Source of the DNA: Gammaproteobacteria bacterium
Lineage (GTDB): Bacteria > Pseudomonadota > Gammaproteobacteria > Eutrophobiales > Eutrophobiaceae
DNA length: 64,000 bases
Direction: 5' to 3'
Assembly (NCBI GenBank): GCA_965215365.1
Contig: CBDCDS010000003.1
Location: 2,560,001 to 2,624,000 of the forward strand
A program made the position numbers and the translations under genes. How positions within the stretch are numbered: position 1 is the first letter of the stretch; every line of letters begins with the position of its first letter. This document shows, piece after piece, positions 1-9,338 of the stretch. The notes below the pieces were generated by a model. That model was not told where the DNA came from. It worked only from the letters and a program-made list of their open reading frames with translations, and made no database searches.

Positions 1-597
1 GTAGGCCGTGCGCAGCTCGTTGGGCACCCCCAGGTTGGCATATTTCGACTTCACCACCTCCGTGGAGATATTAACCCCGGCGTCGATGGCTTCGGCATGA
101 CTCTCATAATAAGCATCCCGGGCGGCTCTGGCATTGGTCAGGGTGGCCGACCCCGGCTCTTCCTGCTCCAGCAGCTCCACCGCGAACGATAGCGCCATGA
201 ACGCGTGGGACGGATCGTCAAAATGCTGCGCCGCCCGTTCCTGAAAGCGCCGCACGCTGAGCGGGCGCTCCTGCTGTTGCAGGTCGCGGGCCCACTCCTG
301 AAACTGTTCCTGAGCCAGGTCTGGCACCTGCTCCAGATACTTGCGCGCCAGTTCGGCGCTCAGGGTTTTGATGCCGGCGCGCAGGTTGCGTTCGGCAATA
401 TCTTTTTTTTGGGTGATTTCACTGAAGCTGAAGGTCATTTCCTCCAGCGAGTCGGCCAGTATTGCTGCGGGGTTGGGCAGCAGCGACACCGTCTCGCCCT
501 TGAACTCAGAGCGGATGACCTGTTGCGCCACCGCGCCGGCAACGCCGGGCCGCGCAGCCTGCGTGCCGGCCAGCGCCGGATTGATATTGCTGCTCAT
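1..597 (-). CDS. sctW: T3SS gatekeeper SctW (YopN/InvE/CopN family), truncated by window edge
   Basis: Not in ORF track. Hand translation from ATG 597 (GGAGG upstream) gives MSSNINPALAG...EFKGETVSLL...LADSLEEMTFSFSE...FDDPSHAFMAL...AIDAGVNIS...ELRTAY, matching YopN/HrpJ-type motifs; T3SS context. Confidence 0.8.
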   Translation of the reverse strand, partial: MSSNINPALAGTQAARPGVAGAVAQQVIRSEFKGETVSLLPNPAAILADSLEEMTFSFSEITQKKDIAERNLRAGIKTLSAELARKYLEQVPDLAQEQFQEWARDLQQQERPLSVRRFQERAAQHFDDPSHAFMALSFAVELLEQEEPGSATLTNARAARDAYYESHAEAIDAGVNISTEVVKSKYANLGVPNELRTAY

Positions 598-626
598 CAA
601 CGGCCTCCGCAGTCCGGATTCTCAGT

Positions 627-1877
627 TCAGGCCGATAGCACCCGTTCTAGGGAGGCGTTGCGCGATTGCGCAATAGCATCATAGATGTCTATCATTTTTT
701 TAGCGTTCTCCTCGGCGGATTTGCCGTAGTCCCGCTCCCGTTCCATACTGGCCCGCTGCTCGGCAGCCGCCGCTTGGTCCTCGCGCTCCTTGGCCCGGTA
801 TTCCGACGCGCCCATGTCCGCCGCGCCTTTGCCGCCGCTGCCGACGCCCGTGAGCCCCTGCGCCAGACCACCGGCTGCGGTCAGGCGCGCCTGACTGCTT
901 TGCGCAGAGACGTTGGCGCGGGCATCCTTGCTGAACTGCCGCATCATTTTTTGCGTGTCATCGTCCAGCACTTTTTTATTCTGCCGGGTCTGCGTTGCTT
1001 CTTCCTCCTCCTGTTGTTCGGTGAGCTCCATTTCTGCGGTTGTTTCCCCGGCCTCCGCGCGCGCTTCGGTTGCCGCAGTCTCGCCCGATTCCACGTTTGA
1101 GGCCGCTTCTTCAACCTCCGTTTGCAGCTCCGCAGTCGTCTCGGCACCGGCCTCTTCGCTGGTCATGGAGGTCGCCTCCGGGGCGCCCTCGGCTTCCCCG
1201 GCCAGCGTGGTCTCCAGCGGGGCTGACAGCGCGCCGCCTTCCTCGGTCATGCTGCCGGCACCAGTCTCCGCAGTGGCACCCTCCACACCGGTGCTGGCGG
1301 TTTCTGCGCTGGCGCCGACGCCACCATCTGCCCCCATCGCGTACATGGCGCCGCCGACCTGCACGGCGCCGGCGCCGATAGTCATCGAAGAACTGACCAT
1401 GGCGCCGACAAACTCCAGGTGTCCGGCTTTGCGGATGTCCTCAGCTCCCTCTCGCTCTTTGGCCGCAATCGCCTTGTACTGCTCGGTATGGGCTTCTCTC
1501 GACGCCTTGGCCTGCTCGCTGTCCAGCTTCACCAGCACTTCTATTAACTCGGCATAGTTGATGCCGAAACCCGCTTCCTGCGGGCCGGGCCGGTTCACCC
1601 CCGGTGCCGTCCAGGCCGAGGACAACCCATTGACGTCAGTGCGCACATGTTCCTGCATCACTTCCAGCGCACCCCGGCCCTGCTGCTCCTGGTCAACCTG
1701 AACCGGGCCGGCAAATGCCGGCACCGGCGCGTTGCCGTCAGTCCTGATGTAAGACAGACCGTCGGCGCTGAGCACCTCCGGGTGCTGGCTCTGTGTCTGC
1801 TTGACGGCAGCGGTGTCGTGCACGGATTGCGGGTTGGGGGTGGCACCGACGACGCCGTACCTGTTGACTGTATTCAT
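627..1877 (-). CDS. T3SS minor translocator SctB (YopD/BopD-like) with acidic low-complexity insert
   Basis: Hydrophobic Gly/Ala segment (FVGAMVSSSMTIGAGAVQVGGAMYAM), C-terminal amphipathic helix (AKKMIDIYDAIAQSRNASLERVL), RBS AGGAG, directly upstream of sctW. Confidence 0.6.
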   Translation of the reverse strand: MNTVNRYGVVGATPNPQSVHDTAAVKQTQSQHPEVLSADGLSYIRTDGNAPVPAFAGPVQVDQEQQGRGALEVMQEHVRTDVNGLSSAWTAPGVNRPGPQEAGFGINYAELIEVLVKLDSEQAKASREAHTEQYKAIAAKEREGAEDIRKAGHLEFVGAMVSSSMTIGAGAVQVGGAMYAMGADGGVGASAETASTGVEGATAETGAGSMTEEGGALSAPLETTLAGEAEGAPEATSMTSEEAGAETTAELQTEVEEAASNVESGETAATEARAEAGETTAEMELTEQQEEEEATQTRQNKKVLDDDTQKMMRQFSKDARANVSAQSSQARLTAAGGLAQGLTGVGSGGKGAADMGASEYRAKEREDQAAAAEQRASMERERDYGKSAEENAKKMIDIYDAIAQSRNASLERVLSA

Positions 1878-2005
1878 AACCGGGCTCCTGGGGGTTCCGG
1901 GGGTTGCAGAGGCGAAAATTCTATGCTACAGTAGATCGCAACATTCAAGTTTCATTGTACTGATTTTCAGGCCGGATTGCAATATGTTTCAGCTTCAGGT
2001 AACCC

Positions 2006-2145
2006 CTAAAAATACCCTCCGTGGTATTTTTAGCAACGGAAATGAAAAAGTGTGATTTTTCATTTCCTTCATTTTCAAGCACTTACGCGCTTAAAAATGG
2101 CAGCGCATCCTTGTGCTGCACGGTCACCTCTAATTAATAGAGGTG
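2006..2145. promoter_or_regulatory. Three perfect inverted repeats in the divergent T3SS promoter region
   Basis: CTAAAAATACC-N6-GGTATTTTTAG (2006-2033), GGAAATGAAAAA-N6-TTTTTCATTTCC (2038-2067), CACCTCTA-N5-TAGAGGTG (2125-2145), in AT-rich intergenic DNA. Confidence 0.55.
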
Positions 2146-2218
2146 CCCTTCAGTATTTCAGTTTCAGGGCGTTCGGTTTTGTCAGTAACCATTTGTGGCA
2201 GGCGCCAATTTAATATTT

Positions 2219-2704
2219 ATGTCAACCGAGGCCTATTCCCTGGTAGAAGGTCTGCTGGAATACTGCGGCATTGACAGCGACGGGTTGCGCGAAGACGGTC
2301 GCGTGCTGCTGACTGTGGATTCGGAAATGGCGATATTTATCGTCGTGCAGGACGGTCTCGTGCACCTCAGCGCAGTGCTAGACGAGCTGCCCGAACAGCC
2401 CGACCTGTACCTGCGTCTGTTGACCGAGAATTTCAGAAATGTGAGCGATCCGCAGTATTATCGCTATGCGGTGGAGCCCGACAGCAAATCCCTGATCATC
2501 TGCCTGTCTTTGAACAGCACCCACTTGCAGCCGGCCAAGTTCATTGATTATTTCAAGCTGTTCCTGCAACGCATTGAACAATGGACGCGGGTTTTATACC
2601 TGAACAATGCGGATTACCTGACCCTGGATCTGGACGCCGGCACCGAGCCAGTGCCGGCGCAGCCGCCCGACCTGCAGCAGGAGCACCTGCTCAACCGTAT
2701 CTGA
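2219..2704 (+). CDS. Class I T3SS effector chaperone (CesT/SycE-like)
   Basis: Small acidic protein with chaperone-like pattern (LLTVDSEMAIFI...LYLRLLTENF...FLQRIEQW), immediately upstream of a large orphan ORF. Confidence 0.7.
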   Translation: MSTEAYSLVEGLLEYCGIDSDGLREDGRVLLTVDSEMAIFIVVQDGLVHLSAVLDELPEQPDLYLRLLTENFRNVSDPQYYRYAVEPDSKSLIICLSLNSTHLQPAKFIDYFKLFLQRIEQWTRVLYLNNADYLTLDLDAGTEPVPAQPPDLQQEHLLNRI

Positions 2705-2744
2705 CGAATCATGGCAACCATGGACTCGAACTGAGGTGTAACGT

Positions 2745-5207
2745 ATGCCGACAACCTCGTTGACAACACCCTATCAGGGCTTGCAAAAAGCACTCGGCGC
2801 CGGTTTTCGGCAGCGCCTGAATGAGCAGGGTGAGCTGGTGCGCAGCAATCTCTCCGGCGGGGTGAGAGGGAAACTGGTGGCCTATGCCGAAAGCGGCAGC
2901 GTCAGTCAAGGCAGCATGGCGCAACGGTTGATCAGGACGGCCGTGGGCGCGCAGCGTTACCAGACCATTGCCAGGGACTTGCAGGAAAACCGGGAGGTCA
3001 GCATTAAAAACTTTGCCGGGTTGCTCAAGCAGGACTTGCAGCTGGACCGGGAACTGGCAACACTGGTTGAGCGCAAGGTGCAGCGCAAGCTGTATAACGG
3101 ACAGATTTCAGCGCAGGCGGGCGCCGAGCTGGCCGCAGACATTACCCGCACCGTGTCACAACGCCGGCGCGACCGGCTGGAAATTGCCGAGCGGGTGATG
3201 AACCCGGAGCAATGGATGATGACCCCGGCCATGGTGACCAACACCGATGGTAATTATTCCGAGGCCTCGTGGCTGGAAGCGCGCATGGCTTACGCGCAGC
3301 TGAGCGGCGACCTGGAGTTGATGCCGCCTGCCAACATCGCCGCTACGGACACCACGGCCGGTCAGTTGCGGCGCGGCCTGCTCTCAGGTCGGGCCGACCT
3401 GATGGTGAAAGAAATGCGCAGCGTGGAACAGGCGTTGCTCAAGCCGCCGGAATTGCTGGCCAGGCAACGCCAGCTCAACGCCCTGTTGCAGACCGAAACC
3501 GCCGCCAACCCGGTGGGCGAGCGCAACGCCAACACCGGGCGACTGGCGGAACTGATGACGGCGGTGGCCGATTTGACCGCAGTGGGCCAGGAACGAGCCA
3601 CGCGCTTCAAGGAGGGCTACCTGGCCATGCTGGCCGCCATACACGATGCAGAACTGCACGGTGCACAGGGTGCCAGATTCAAACTGCCGGACACGGCCGC
3701 CGGCGACACGGTCGCACATGAACCCGAACCTTATAACCACGTCGCCCACTTCCTAGATGCCGCCGACGGCGCCGACCTGCCTGCCGCGCTGTCAGAAAAA
3801 TTGTCCGCGGCGACGCTGGAGTTATTTAATCTGGGCAAGCCGGCAGCCCCGCCCGAGGCGTTGCCTGAGTCGCCGCGCGGCGCGCGTGCAAATGCCGACC
3901 GACACCTGCGCTGGGCCGCTGAGCCGGTGCAGGTCAAAACCCATGAGTTGCGCGCCGGCGATCAGACCTACACGGCGGCGGAGAACGTATCCGGCGTCGC
4001 TGACCCAGAACTGGCCGACCTCAAGGCCTATAACCGCAGCCTGACGGACACCGGCCGCGGCAAGCTGAATTACGACCTTGATAATACCTGGGAATCCATC
4101 ACGCTGATGGAGGAGCGGGTGGCGGATGGAGAGGATATATCCCCTGCCGACGAAAAAGAACTGCTGCAGGCTTTCGGTCTGGCGCACAAAATTGTCAATG
4201 GTTACGATCGGGACAACCGGATCAAGGGCGCAACCCGGTTTCAGCGGGAATGGAGCCAGCAACCGGAGCAGGTCAGGCCGCTGCTGCAGCGGCCGCTGCT
4301 GCAGCCCGACAAAGTGCTGGATTACATTGCCAAACAGGTTTACGCAGCACCGGGTGGGGTGGCAATGAACACCGACGGCGCGCCGTTGCGCACTGCCTTG
4401 CGCGGTGCCGGCATGGAAAATGCTAGGCTGTGTCTGGGCAGCATTGCCCGCGACCCGGCGGCAGCTGATGCCGACCGGCAGCGCGCCGCCAATCTGTTAC
4501 GCACCGTATTGCAGGATGCCGTTGCCGGGCAGGGCGCGCGTCCGCCCGAAGCAGACCAACAAAACGCTTACCGGGCGGAACTGGCCGCGCTGGAACAGGA
4601 GTGGCCGGCTGAGCAAACGCTGGCCTACGGCAATCCGCAAGCCGTCGCCATCGCGCTGGACAGTTTCCGCAAAGCTATCAACCACACCCGCGTAGCGCTT
4701 GAGAATGACATAGTCAATCCGGATCGGAGCCCCGAGCAGGTTGCCGAATTCATCTCGGCTGAAGAAGGCGACCGGGCACTGAGAAGACTGCCGACGGCGT
4801 TGCAGAATATTGCCCAGGGGTTGTTGCGAGTGGAAAACCTGCCGGCCGAGAGCCTGAACGGCCCGCTTGGGCTGGGTCACGAACAGACTGTGGCCGCCTG
4901 GCGGGTGCAGTCGCAGCAACTTGAACAGCTGGCCCCTATGATCATGAATGGTCGCTACAGCGAGGATTTGCCGGCCGGCTTCAAGGATTACTGCACCTCG
5001 GGTAAGGACAATGCCTACCTGAGAATGTTGGCCGCGGCGCCGGAGCAGGATCAAGGCGTCAGAAACTGGTTGCAACAGGGCCACGCGCTGGCCGAACGCC
5101 TGTTGCAGGCGCAGGAGGGCGCTGGCAAGGGGGCGCTGCCGCTGGCTGCCGAGGAACTGAACCGGCTGCGCGCGGAGGTCGAAGCGTTTGCCAACCGGGC
5201 GGCGTAG
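2745..5207 (+). CDS. Putative T3SS effector, 820 aa, no recognisable catalytic domain
   Basis: Ser/Thr-rich N-terminus, helical, downstream of CesT-like chaperone inside T3SS locus. Confidence 0.6.
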   Translation: MPTTSLTTPYQGLQKALGAGFRQRLNEQGELVRSNLSGGVRGKLVAYAESGSVSQGSMAQRLIRTAVGAQRYQTIARDLQENREVSIKNFAGLLKQDLQLDRELATLVERKVQRKLYNGQISAQAGAELAADITRTVSQRRRDRLEIAERVMNPEQWMMTPAMVTNTDGNYSEASWLEARMAYAQLSGDLELMPPANIAATDTTAGQLRRGLLSGRADLMVKEMRSVEQALLKPPELLARQRQLNALLQTETAANPVGERNANTGRLAELMTAVADLTAVGQERATRFKEGYLAMLAAIHDAELHGAQGARFKLPDTAAGDTVAHEPEPYNHVAHFLDAADGADLPAALSEKLSAATLELFNLGKPAAPPEALPESPRGARANADRHLRWAAEPVQVKTHELRAGDQTYTAAENVSGVADPELADLKAYNRSLTDTGRGKLNYDLDNTWESITLMEERVADGEDISPADEKELLQAFGLAHKIVNGYDRDNRIKGATRFQREWSQQPEQVRPLLQRPLLQPDKVLDYIAKQVYAAPGGVAMNTDGAPLRTALRGAGMENARLCLGSIARDPAAADADRQRAANLLRTVLQDAVAGQGARPPEADQQNAYRAELAALEQEWPAEQTLAYGNPQAVAIALDSFRKAINHTRVALENDIVNPDRSPEQVAEFISAEEGDRALRRLPTALQNIAQGLLRVENLPAESLNGPLGLGHEQTVAAWRVQSQQLEQLAPMIMNGRYSEDLPAGFKDYCTSGKDNAYLRMLAAAPEQDQGVRNWLQQGHALAERLLQAQEGAGKGALPLAAEELNRLRAEVEAFANRAA

Positions 5208-5245
5208 GGCAGCGGTGAGTGCTACCCCTTGCAAGGAACTGATTG

Positions 5246-5839
5246 ATGGCGATTGATACTGGCATAAGCACCCCCGCCCCGAGCCTTGACGCAGCTCAGG
5301 CGCAGGGTACGGAGACAGCTGAAAAGGCCGCGCCCGAGGCGCGCACCGCCGTTGAGACAACCACGGGTATTAACGTCAACGGCAAGCTGCTGGCGACCGA
5401 CTCCATGGTCGGGCTGTTATTTGTTCAGCGCGCCCAGGTGTTCGGTTCACTGACTGAGGATCGGCTTCAGGATGTCCAGGATAAGCTCAATCACTACAAG
5501 GAGATGAACCGGGCGCTGCAAAAGATGCGGATCAGCCGGCAGCAGGCCAAATTCCGTGGTCATTCCACCGAAATGGATCCGGAGGTAGTGGCCTTTTGCA
5601 AGGAGCATAATATCAAGCTGGATACCACAGCCCATGATACCAGACACAATGAGAGTGAGTGGAATTACAACATCAGTTCCGCCGATGGTGTGCGCCAGAA
5701 ATGGAGCGATGACTTGCGCATACTGATGACGAAATTCAAAGCACTGTTCAAAGAGCTGGATGCGTCCGTATCCGGCGCCGGCAAGGTCCAGGACAAAAGC
5801 GCCCACATCGCAAAGAATATTTTCACCGGCTGGAACTGA
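5246..5839 (+). CDS. Bsp22/EspA-like T3SS tip/filament protein, paralogue 1
   Basis: LLFVQRAQVFGSLTEDRLQDVQDKLN segment resembles Bsp22-family N-terminal coil; clear paralogue of 6269-6826. Confidence 0.55.
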   Translation: MAIDTGISTPAPSLDAAQAQGTETAEKAAPEARTAVETTTGINVNGKLLATDSMVGLLFVQRAQVFGSLTEDRLQDVQDKLNHYKEMNRALQKMRISRQQAKFRGHSTEMDPEVVAFCKEHNIKLDTTAHDTRHNESEWNYNISSADGVRQKWSDDLRILMTKFKALFKELDASVSGAGKVQDKSAHIAKNIFTGWN

Positions 5840-5888
5840 TACAATTCCCGATATTGATACGGCAACACCAACAGAGTGGTAAACAGCA

Positions 5889-6215
5889 ATGACACAGCTA
5901 CCAAAATATACAGATGATGACCATGATCGCCTTGAACGCGAGGCTGAGCAGATCATAGCAGAGGCCGAACAAGCCTTGGACCAGGCCAGGGAGATGCTTG
6001 AGGCTTATGGCCTAGATGGCTTTGACGACACCCGTCTCAGCGAGTTCCTGACGGCTGGCGGCCCCTCGGCGGAGCTCGATGCGCTGCGCAACGAAATTTT
6101 TGACGGCATGGATGTCGAGGAGGCTATGTTCGCCGAGGAAAAGCGTCTCATGGCGGAAATGAATCCCGGCGCGTCGTCGCCCAAGCCGCGGCGCGGACGT
6201 ATGACCCGCGTGTAA
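5889..6215 (+). CDS. Small acidic coiled-coil protein, possible chaperone of the tip protein (Btc22-like)
   Basis: 108 aa, acidic helices with basic tail PKPRRGRMTRV, located between the two Bsp22-like genes; function inferred from position. Confidence 0.45.
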   Translation: MTQLPKYTDDDHDRLEREAEQIIAEAEQALDQAREMLEAYGLDGFDDTRLSEFLTAGGPSAELDALRNEIFDGMDVEEAMFAEEKRLMAEMNPGASSPKPRRGRMTRV

Positions 6216-6268
6216 CGTAAATCCGGCAAAAATCAGAGATTCCCAACAGACAACAGAACATAAGAGGT

Positions 6269-6826
6269 ATGCTCATGACGACCAGTATCAACACCAATGT
6301 TTCCGGCCCGAACCCGAACGTCAACACCGAGGTTGTCGGCAGTCACAGCGGACGTATAACGTATAACGGTGTCAGCATGTCCGTACTGCAAGCCGTCTCC
6401 ATGTTATTTATTGAGCGCGCCCAGACCTACAGTTCGCTGGTGAGTGACAGGCTCGAATCCGCCAAGGGTAATCTTAATAACATCCAGGAAGCCCGGCATT
6501 TTCTGCAGGAATTGCGTAACCGCCGCAGCAACAAAAATGAAAAACTCCACAACATGCCGGAGGGCTTGCAGAAGTTCTGTGAAGAGCATCACATTGCTTT
6601 TCCCGAGGATGTAAGTAATGACGGCAAGTGGTCTGATGATGAATTAGACACGATCAAGGATAATGTGCAGGGCGGGCTCGACAATATGCAGGATACCAAC
6701 CAGATGGAGATGATGCATCTAAAAAACGGAACCAATAACCTGGACACCTCCATGACCGCCGCCAGCAAAGTTGAGGAAAAGGCATACGGTTTGAGCAAGG
6801 ATATCGTCAGTGCTTTAGGCCGGTGA
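6269..6826 (+). CDS. Bsp22/EspA-like T3SS tip/filament protein, paralogue 2
   Basis: MLFIERAQTYSSLVSDRL and C-terminal LDNMQDTNQMEMMHLKNGTNNLDTSMTAASKV...IVSALGR resemble the Bsp22 QQMDMLRLQ-type C-terminus. Confidence 0.65.
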   Translation: MLMTTSINTNVSGPNPNVNTEVVGSHSGRITYNGVSMSVLQAVSMLFIERAQTYSSLVSDRLESAKGNLNNIQEARHFLQELRNRRSNKNEKLHNMPEGLQKFCEEHHIAFPEDVSNDGKWSDDELDTIKDNVQGGLDNMQDTNQMEMMHLKNGTNNLDTSMTAASKVEEKAYGLSKDIVSALGR

Positions 6827-6834
6827 GCGGAGGT

Positions 6835-7335
6835 ATGGCGGCTGAGCAACCGGCTGGCGGCGTGCGCGCAGAGTGGCCGCACGGCTTCGGCACAGTCGGC
6901 AGCACCCTGTTGCAAGGCCATGACAATCTGGCCGCACGGCGCGGCATTACCGGCGCGCAGCTGGAAGGGCTCTTCAACGTCAGTTATGAACGCTACCTGG
7001 TCGGCGACTACCAGGCCGCCGCCCGCGGGTTTGAGCTGCTGTGCCTGTATGACCATGAAAACCTTAAATATCTGCAGGGCTATGGCTATTGTCTGCAAGC
7101 GCTCAGGAATTATCCCAAGGCGGCAGTCTGTTGGTATTTCAGCGCCATGCTGATGCAACGGGGCAGCCACGAATGGGCCGACGCGTGCTTGAATGCCGCG
7201 CGCTTGTTTGCCGGGGCGGGCGCGCGGCAACAAGCCCGAATAGTGCTGCAATCGGTGCTTGAGGCATTACCGGATACCGACTCTGACGCGCACACACAGG
7301 CACTGGCACTGAGCCAGGCCTTAGCCGACGCTTGA
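6835..7335 (+). CDS. Class II TPR translocator chaperone (SycD/LcrH family)
   Basis: GITGAQLEGLFNVSYERYLVGDYQAAARGFELLCLYDHENLKYLQGYGYCLQ; GGAGG RBS before ATG 6835; precedes translocator. Confidence 0.85.
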   Translation: MAAEQPAGGVRAEWPHGFGTVGSTLLQGHDNLAARRGITGAQLEGLFNVSYERYLVGDYQAAARGFELLCLYDHENLKYLQGYGYCLQALRNYPKAAVCWYFSAMLMQRGSHEWADACLNAARLFAGAGARQQARIVLQSVLEALPDTDSDAHTQALALSQALADA

Positions 7336-7393
7336 TATTCATTACCCGGACGCCTGCTGGCACGGCGGCACCGGCACCAGGAGGTTGAACATT

Positions 7394-8728
7394 ATGACCA
7401 GTGCAGTCAGCACCACCAGAGCCGGTATTCCCGGTGAGGTGCAAACTCTACAGCCGGACAGCCTTGCCGATGTTGCGCAATCCGGCCAGATCCGGGGTGC
7501 AGGCAAAACCGGCACCGGGAAAAAAGCCGGCGGCGCGCCGGCCGATTACGATGCTACGGAGGTGACCACCGGTGCCACGGGCACCGAACCCGAAGGCCTG
7601 CTGGTGCCGCCAACCGTAGCCGACCCGACCAATATGATCCTGCAGATGACCTCTCTGGTGCAGCAATTTGCCGCGGAACGGCAGAAAAATGCAGAGAGCG
7701 ACATCAAGGCGAACGAGGTCGAGAAAAAGCAGAAAAATGAGGAGCGGCTGGAAAAGCTCAAGGCTGCCATAGAAAAGCAGCACAAGGCGGCCAAACACTC
7801 CGGCATCGGCAAGATTTTCGGCTGGATTGCAGTGGGGCTGATGTTCGCGGTGGCGGGTATCGTCGCGGTCGCCAGCGGCGGTCTGGCCGCAGCGCCGCTA
7901 CTCGCCGCGGCGACCGTTACCCTGGGCGTGATGATCGCTCAGGAAACCGGCGGGATGGAAAAAATGATGGAAGCTACGGGTATGAACGACAAGCAGAAAA
8001 TGATATTTTCCATTGGTCTGGCGGTTACCATGCTCATTATGAACATTACTGCCGCGATCATGAGTGGCGGTGCCGCCTCAGCCGGCGTCGCCTCGGCCGC
8101 CACGGAACTGACTGCTACCGCCGCCGAAACCGGTGCCACCGTTGCAGAAACCGGCGCCACGGTCGCCGAAGCCGGCGCCGAGGTCGCGGAAACCGCCTCC
8201 ACCGTTGCCGAAACCGGCGCCGAGCTGGTGGAGGCTGGCGCAGAAATCGGAGAGACCGCCGCGGAAACCGCCGATGCGGCCGCGGAGGTGACCGAGCTGG
8301 GCACCCAGGTGGCAGATGTGTCCACCGAGGCGGCGGATGTGGCCGGGGAAAGCACGGACACGGTCAGCGAGACGGTGGCAACCGCCGGTCAGGTAGCCAA
8401 GGTCAGCGGCAGGAGTGCCCGGGTGATGACGGTCGCCAAGTGGGCCAACCGAGGCGCCAACCTGGTCAGCGGCGGGCTGACCCTCGGCCAGGGCGCAGAA
8501 AACATGGAGGCCGGTTTTGCCGAACGTGACGCCAGCGAAGCCCGGGCCGATGCCCAGGACCTCGCGGCTGCTCTGCACAAGTTCGATGCCATGAACGAGC
8601 AGGCCATCGCAGACCTGAAAAAGATCATAGCTCAACTGCAGGAACAGATACAGCAGACGGCGCAGTTGGTCGCCGAGTCGGCCAAGACCCAGGACAGCAT
8701 CTTTAACCGGAACGTGAATACTATCTGA
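7394..8728 (+). CDS. sctE: T3SS major translocator SctE (YopB/BopB/SseC family)
   Basis: Coiled coil then KIFGWIAVGLMFAVAGIVAVASGGLAAAPLL transmembrane hairpin; flanked by two SycD-like chaperones; AGGAGG RBS. Confidence 0.85.
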   Translation: MTSAVSTTRAGIPGEVQTLQPDSLADVAQSGQIRGAGKTGTGKKAGGAPADYDATEVTTGATGTEPEGLLVPPTVADPTNMILQMTSLVQQFAAERQKNAESDIKANEVEKKQKNEERLEKLKAAIEKQHKAAKHSGIGKIFGWIAVGLMFAVAGIVAVASGGLAAAPLLAAATVTLGVMIAQETGGMEKMMEATGMNDKQKMIFSIGLAVTMLIMNITAAIMSGGAASAGVASAATELTATAAETGATVAETGATVAEAGAEVAETASTVAETGAELVEAGAEIGETAAETADAAAEVTELGTQVADVSTEAADVAGESTDTVSETVATAGQVAKVSGRSARVMTVAKWANRGANLVSGGLTLGQGAENMEAGFAERDASEARADAQDLAAALHKFDAMNEQAIADLKKIIAQLQEQIQQTAQLVAESAKTQDSIFNRNVNTI

Positions 8729-8746
8729 ATATGACAGGCGGCCGTT

Positions 8747-9274
8747 ATGGATTATAACGAAGACGAAGTTGAAGTATCACTGGAACAGGTCTCCGCAGCC
8801 TTTGACAGGTTGCACCTGGACGGCCTGCCGGGCACCTTTGACCTGACTCGGGCGCAGGTTGAGGCCTTGTATGCCGCCGGCCACCAGTTACTCGGCAAGG
8901 GTGATTTGAAGCGGGCAAAGGATGTATTTAATTTCCTGGTGCTGTGCGAGGGCCAGGATGCGCGTTGCTGGACGGCGTTAGCGGTGACGTTGCACAAACA
9001 GAAAAAATGGGCACTGGCCACGGATGCCTATTCCATGGCCGCACTGCTCGATGCCACCAATGTAAAGCTGTATTTTCACGCTGCCGAATGCCTGATGCAG
9101 AATCGTGAATGGGTGCGTGCAAATCAGGCTCTGGAGTCCTTTTTTGAGGTATCCGACACCGTGTACGGCAAGGACAAGAGCAAAATACGCCAGTTTGTTG
9201 ACAAGGCGGAAGCCTGGCAACGGGTCATTGAGGTGAAAGCCCACGCCGGGGAGAACGCCGGCGCGCGGCCCTGA
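8747..9274 (+). CDS. Class II TPR chaperone (SycD/LcrH family), second copy
   Basis: VEALYAAGHQLLGKGDLKRAKDVFNFLVLC...AYSMAALLD...YFHAAECLM. Confidence 0.85.
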   Translation: MDYNEDEVEVSLEQVSAAFDRLHLDGLPGTFDLTRAQVEALYAAGHQLLGKGDLKRAKDVFNFLVLCEGQDARCWTALAVTLHKQKKWALATDAYSMAALLDATNVKLYFHAAECLMQNREWVRANQALESFFEVSDTVYGKDKSKIRQFVDKAEAWQRVIEVKAHAGENAGARP

Positions 9275-9294
9275 CCGCGCCTTGCGCGCAAGCG

Positions 9295-9317
9295 ACTTGG
9301 TGAGATATGCGGGTTAG
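9295..9317. repeat. 23-bp dispersed repeat ACTTRGTGAGATATGCGGGTTAG, copy 1
   Basis: 22/23 identical to 44418-44440; both copies intergenic. Confidence 0.7.
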
Positions 9318-9338
9318 CTCTGAAACGGTCAGAATTAA

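Noticed and set aside
205-684. Plus-strand ORFs 205-684 and 341-676
   Set aside because: Shadows of the minus-strand sctW gene that runs off the window.
2068-2090. TTTTCAAGCACTTA as a recombinase/dif-like site
   Set aside because: Only a vague resemblance; no partner site or integrase in the window.
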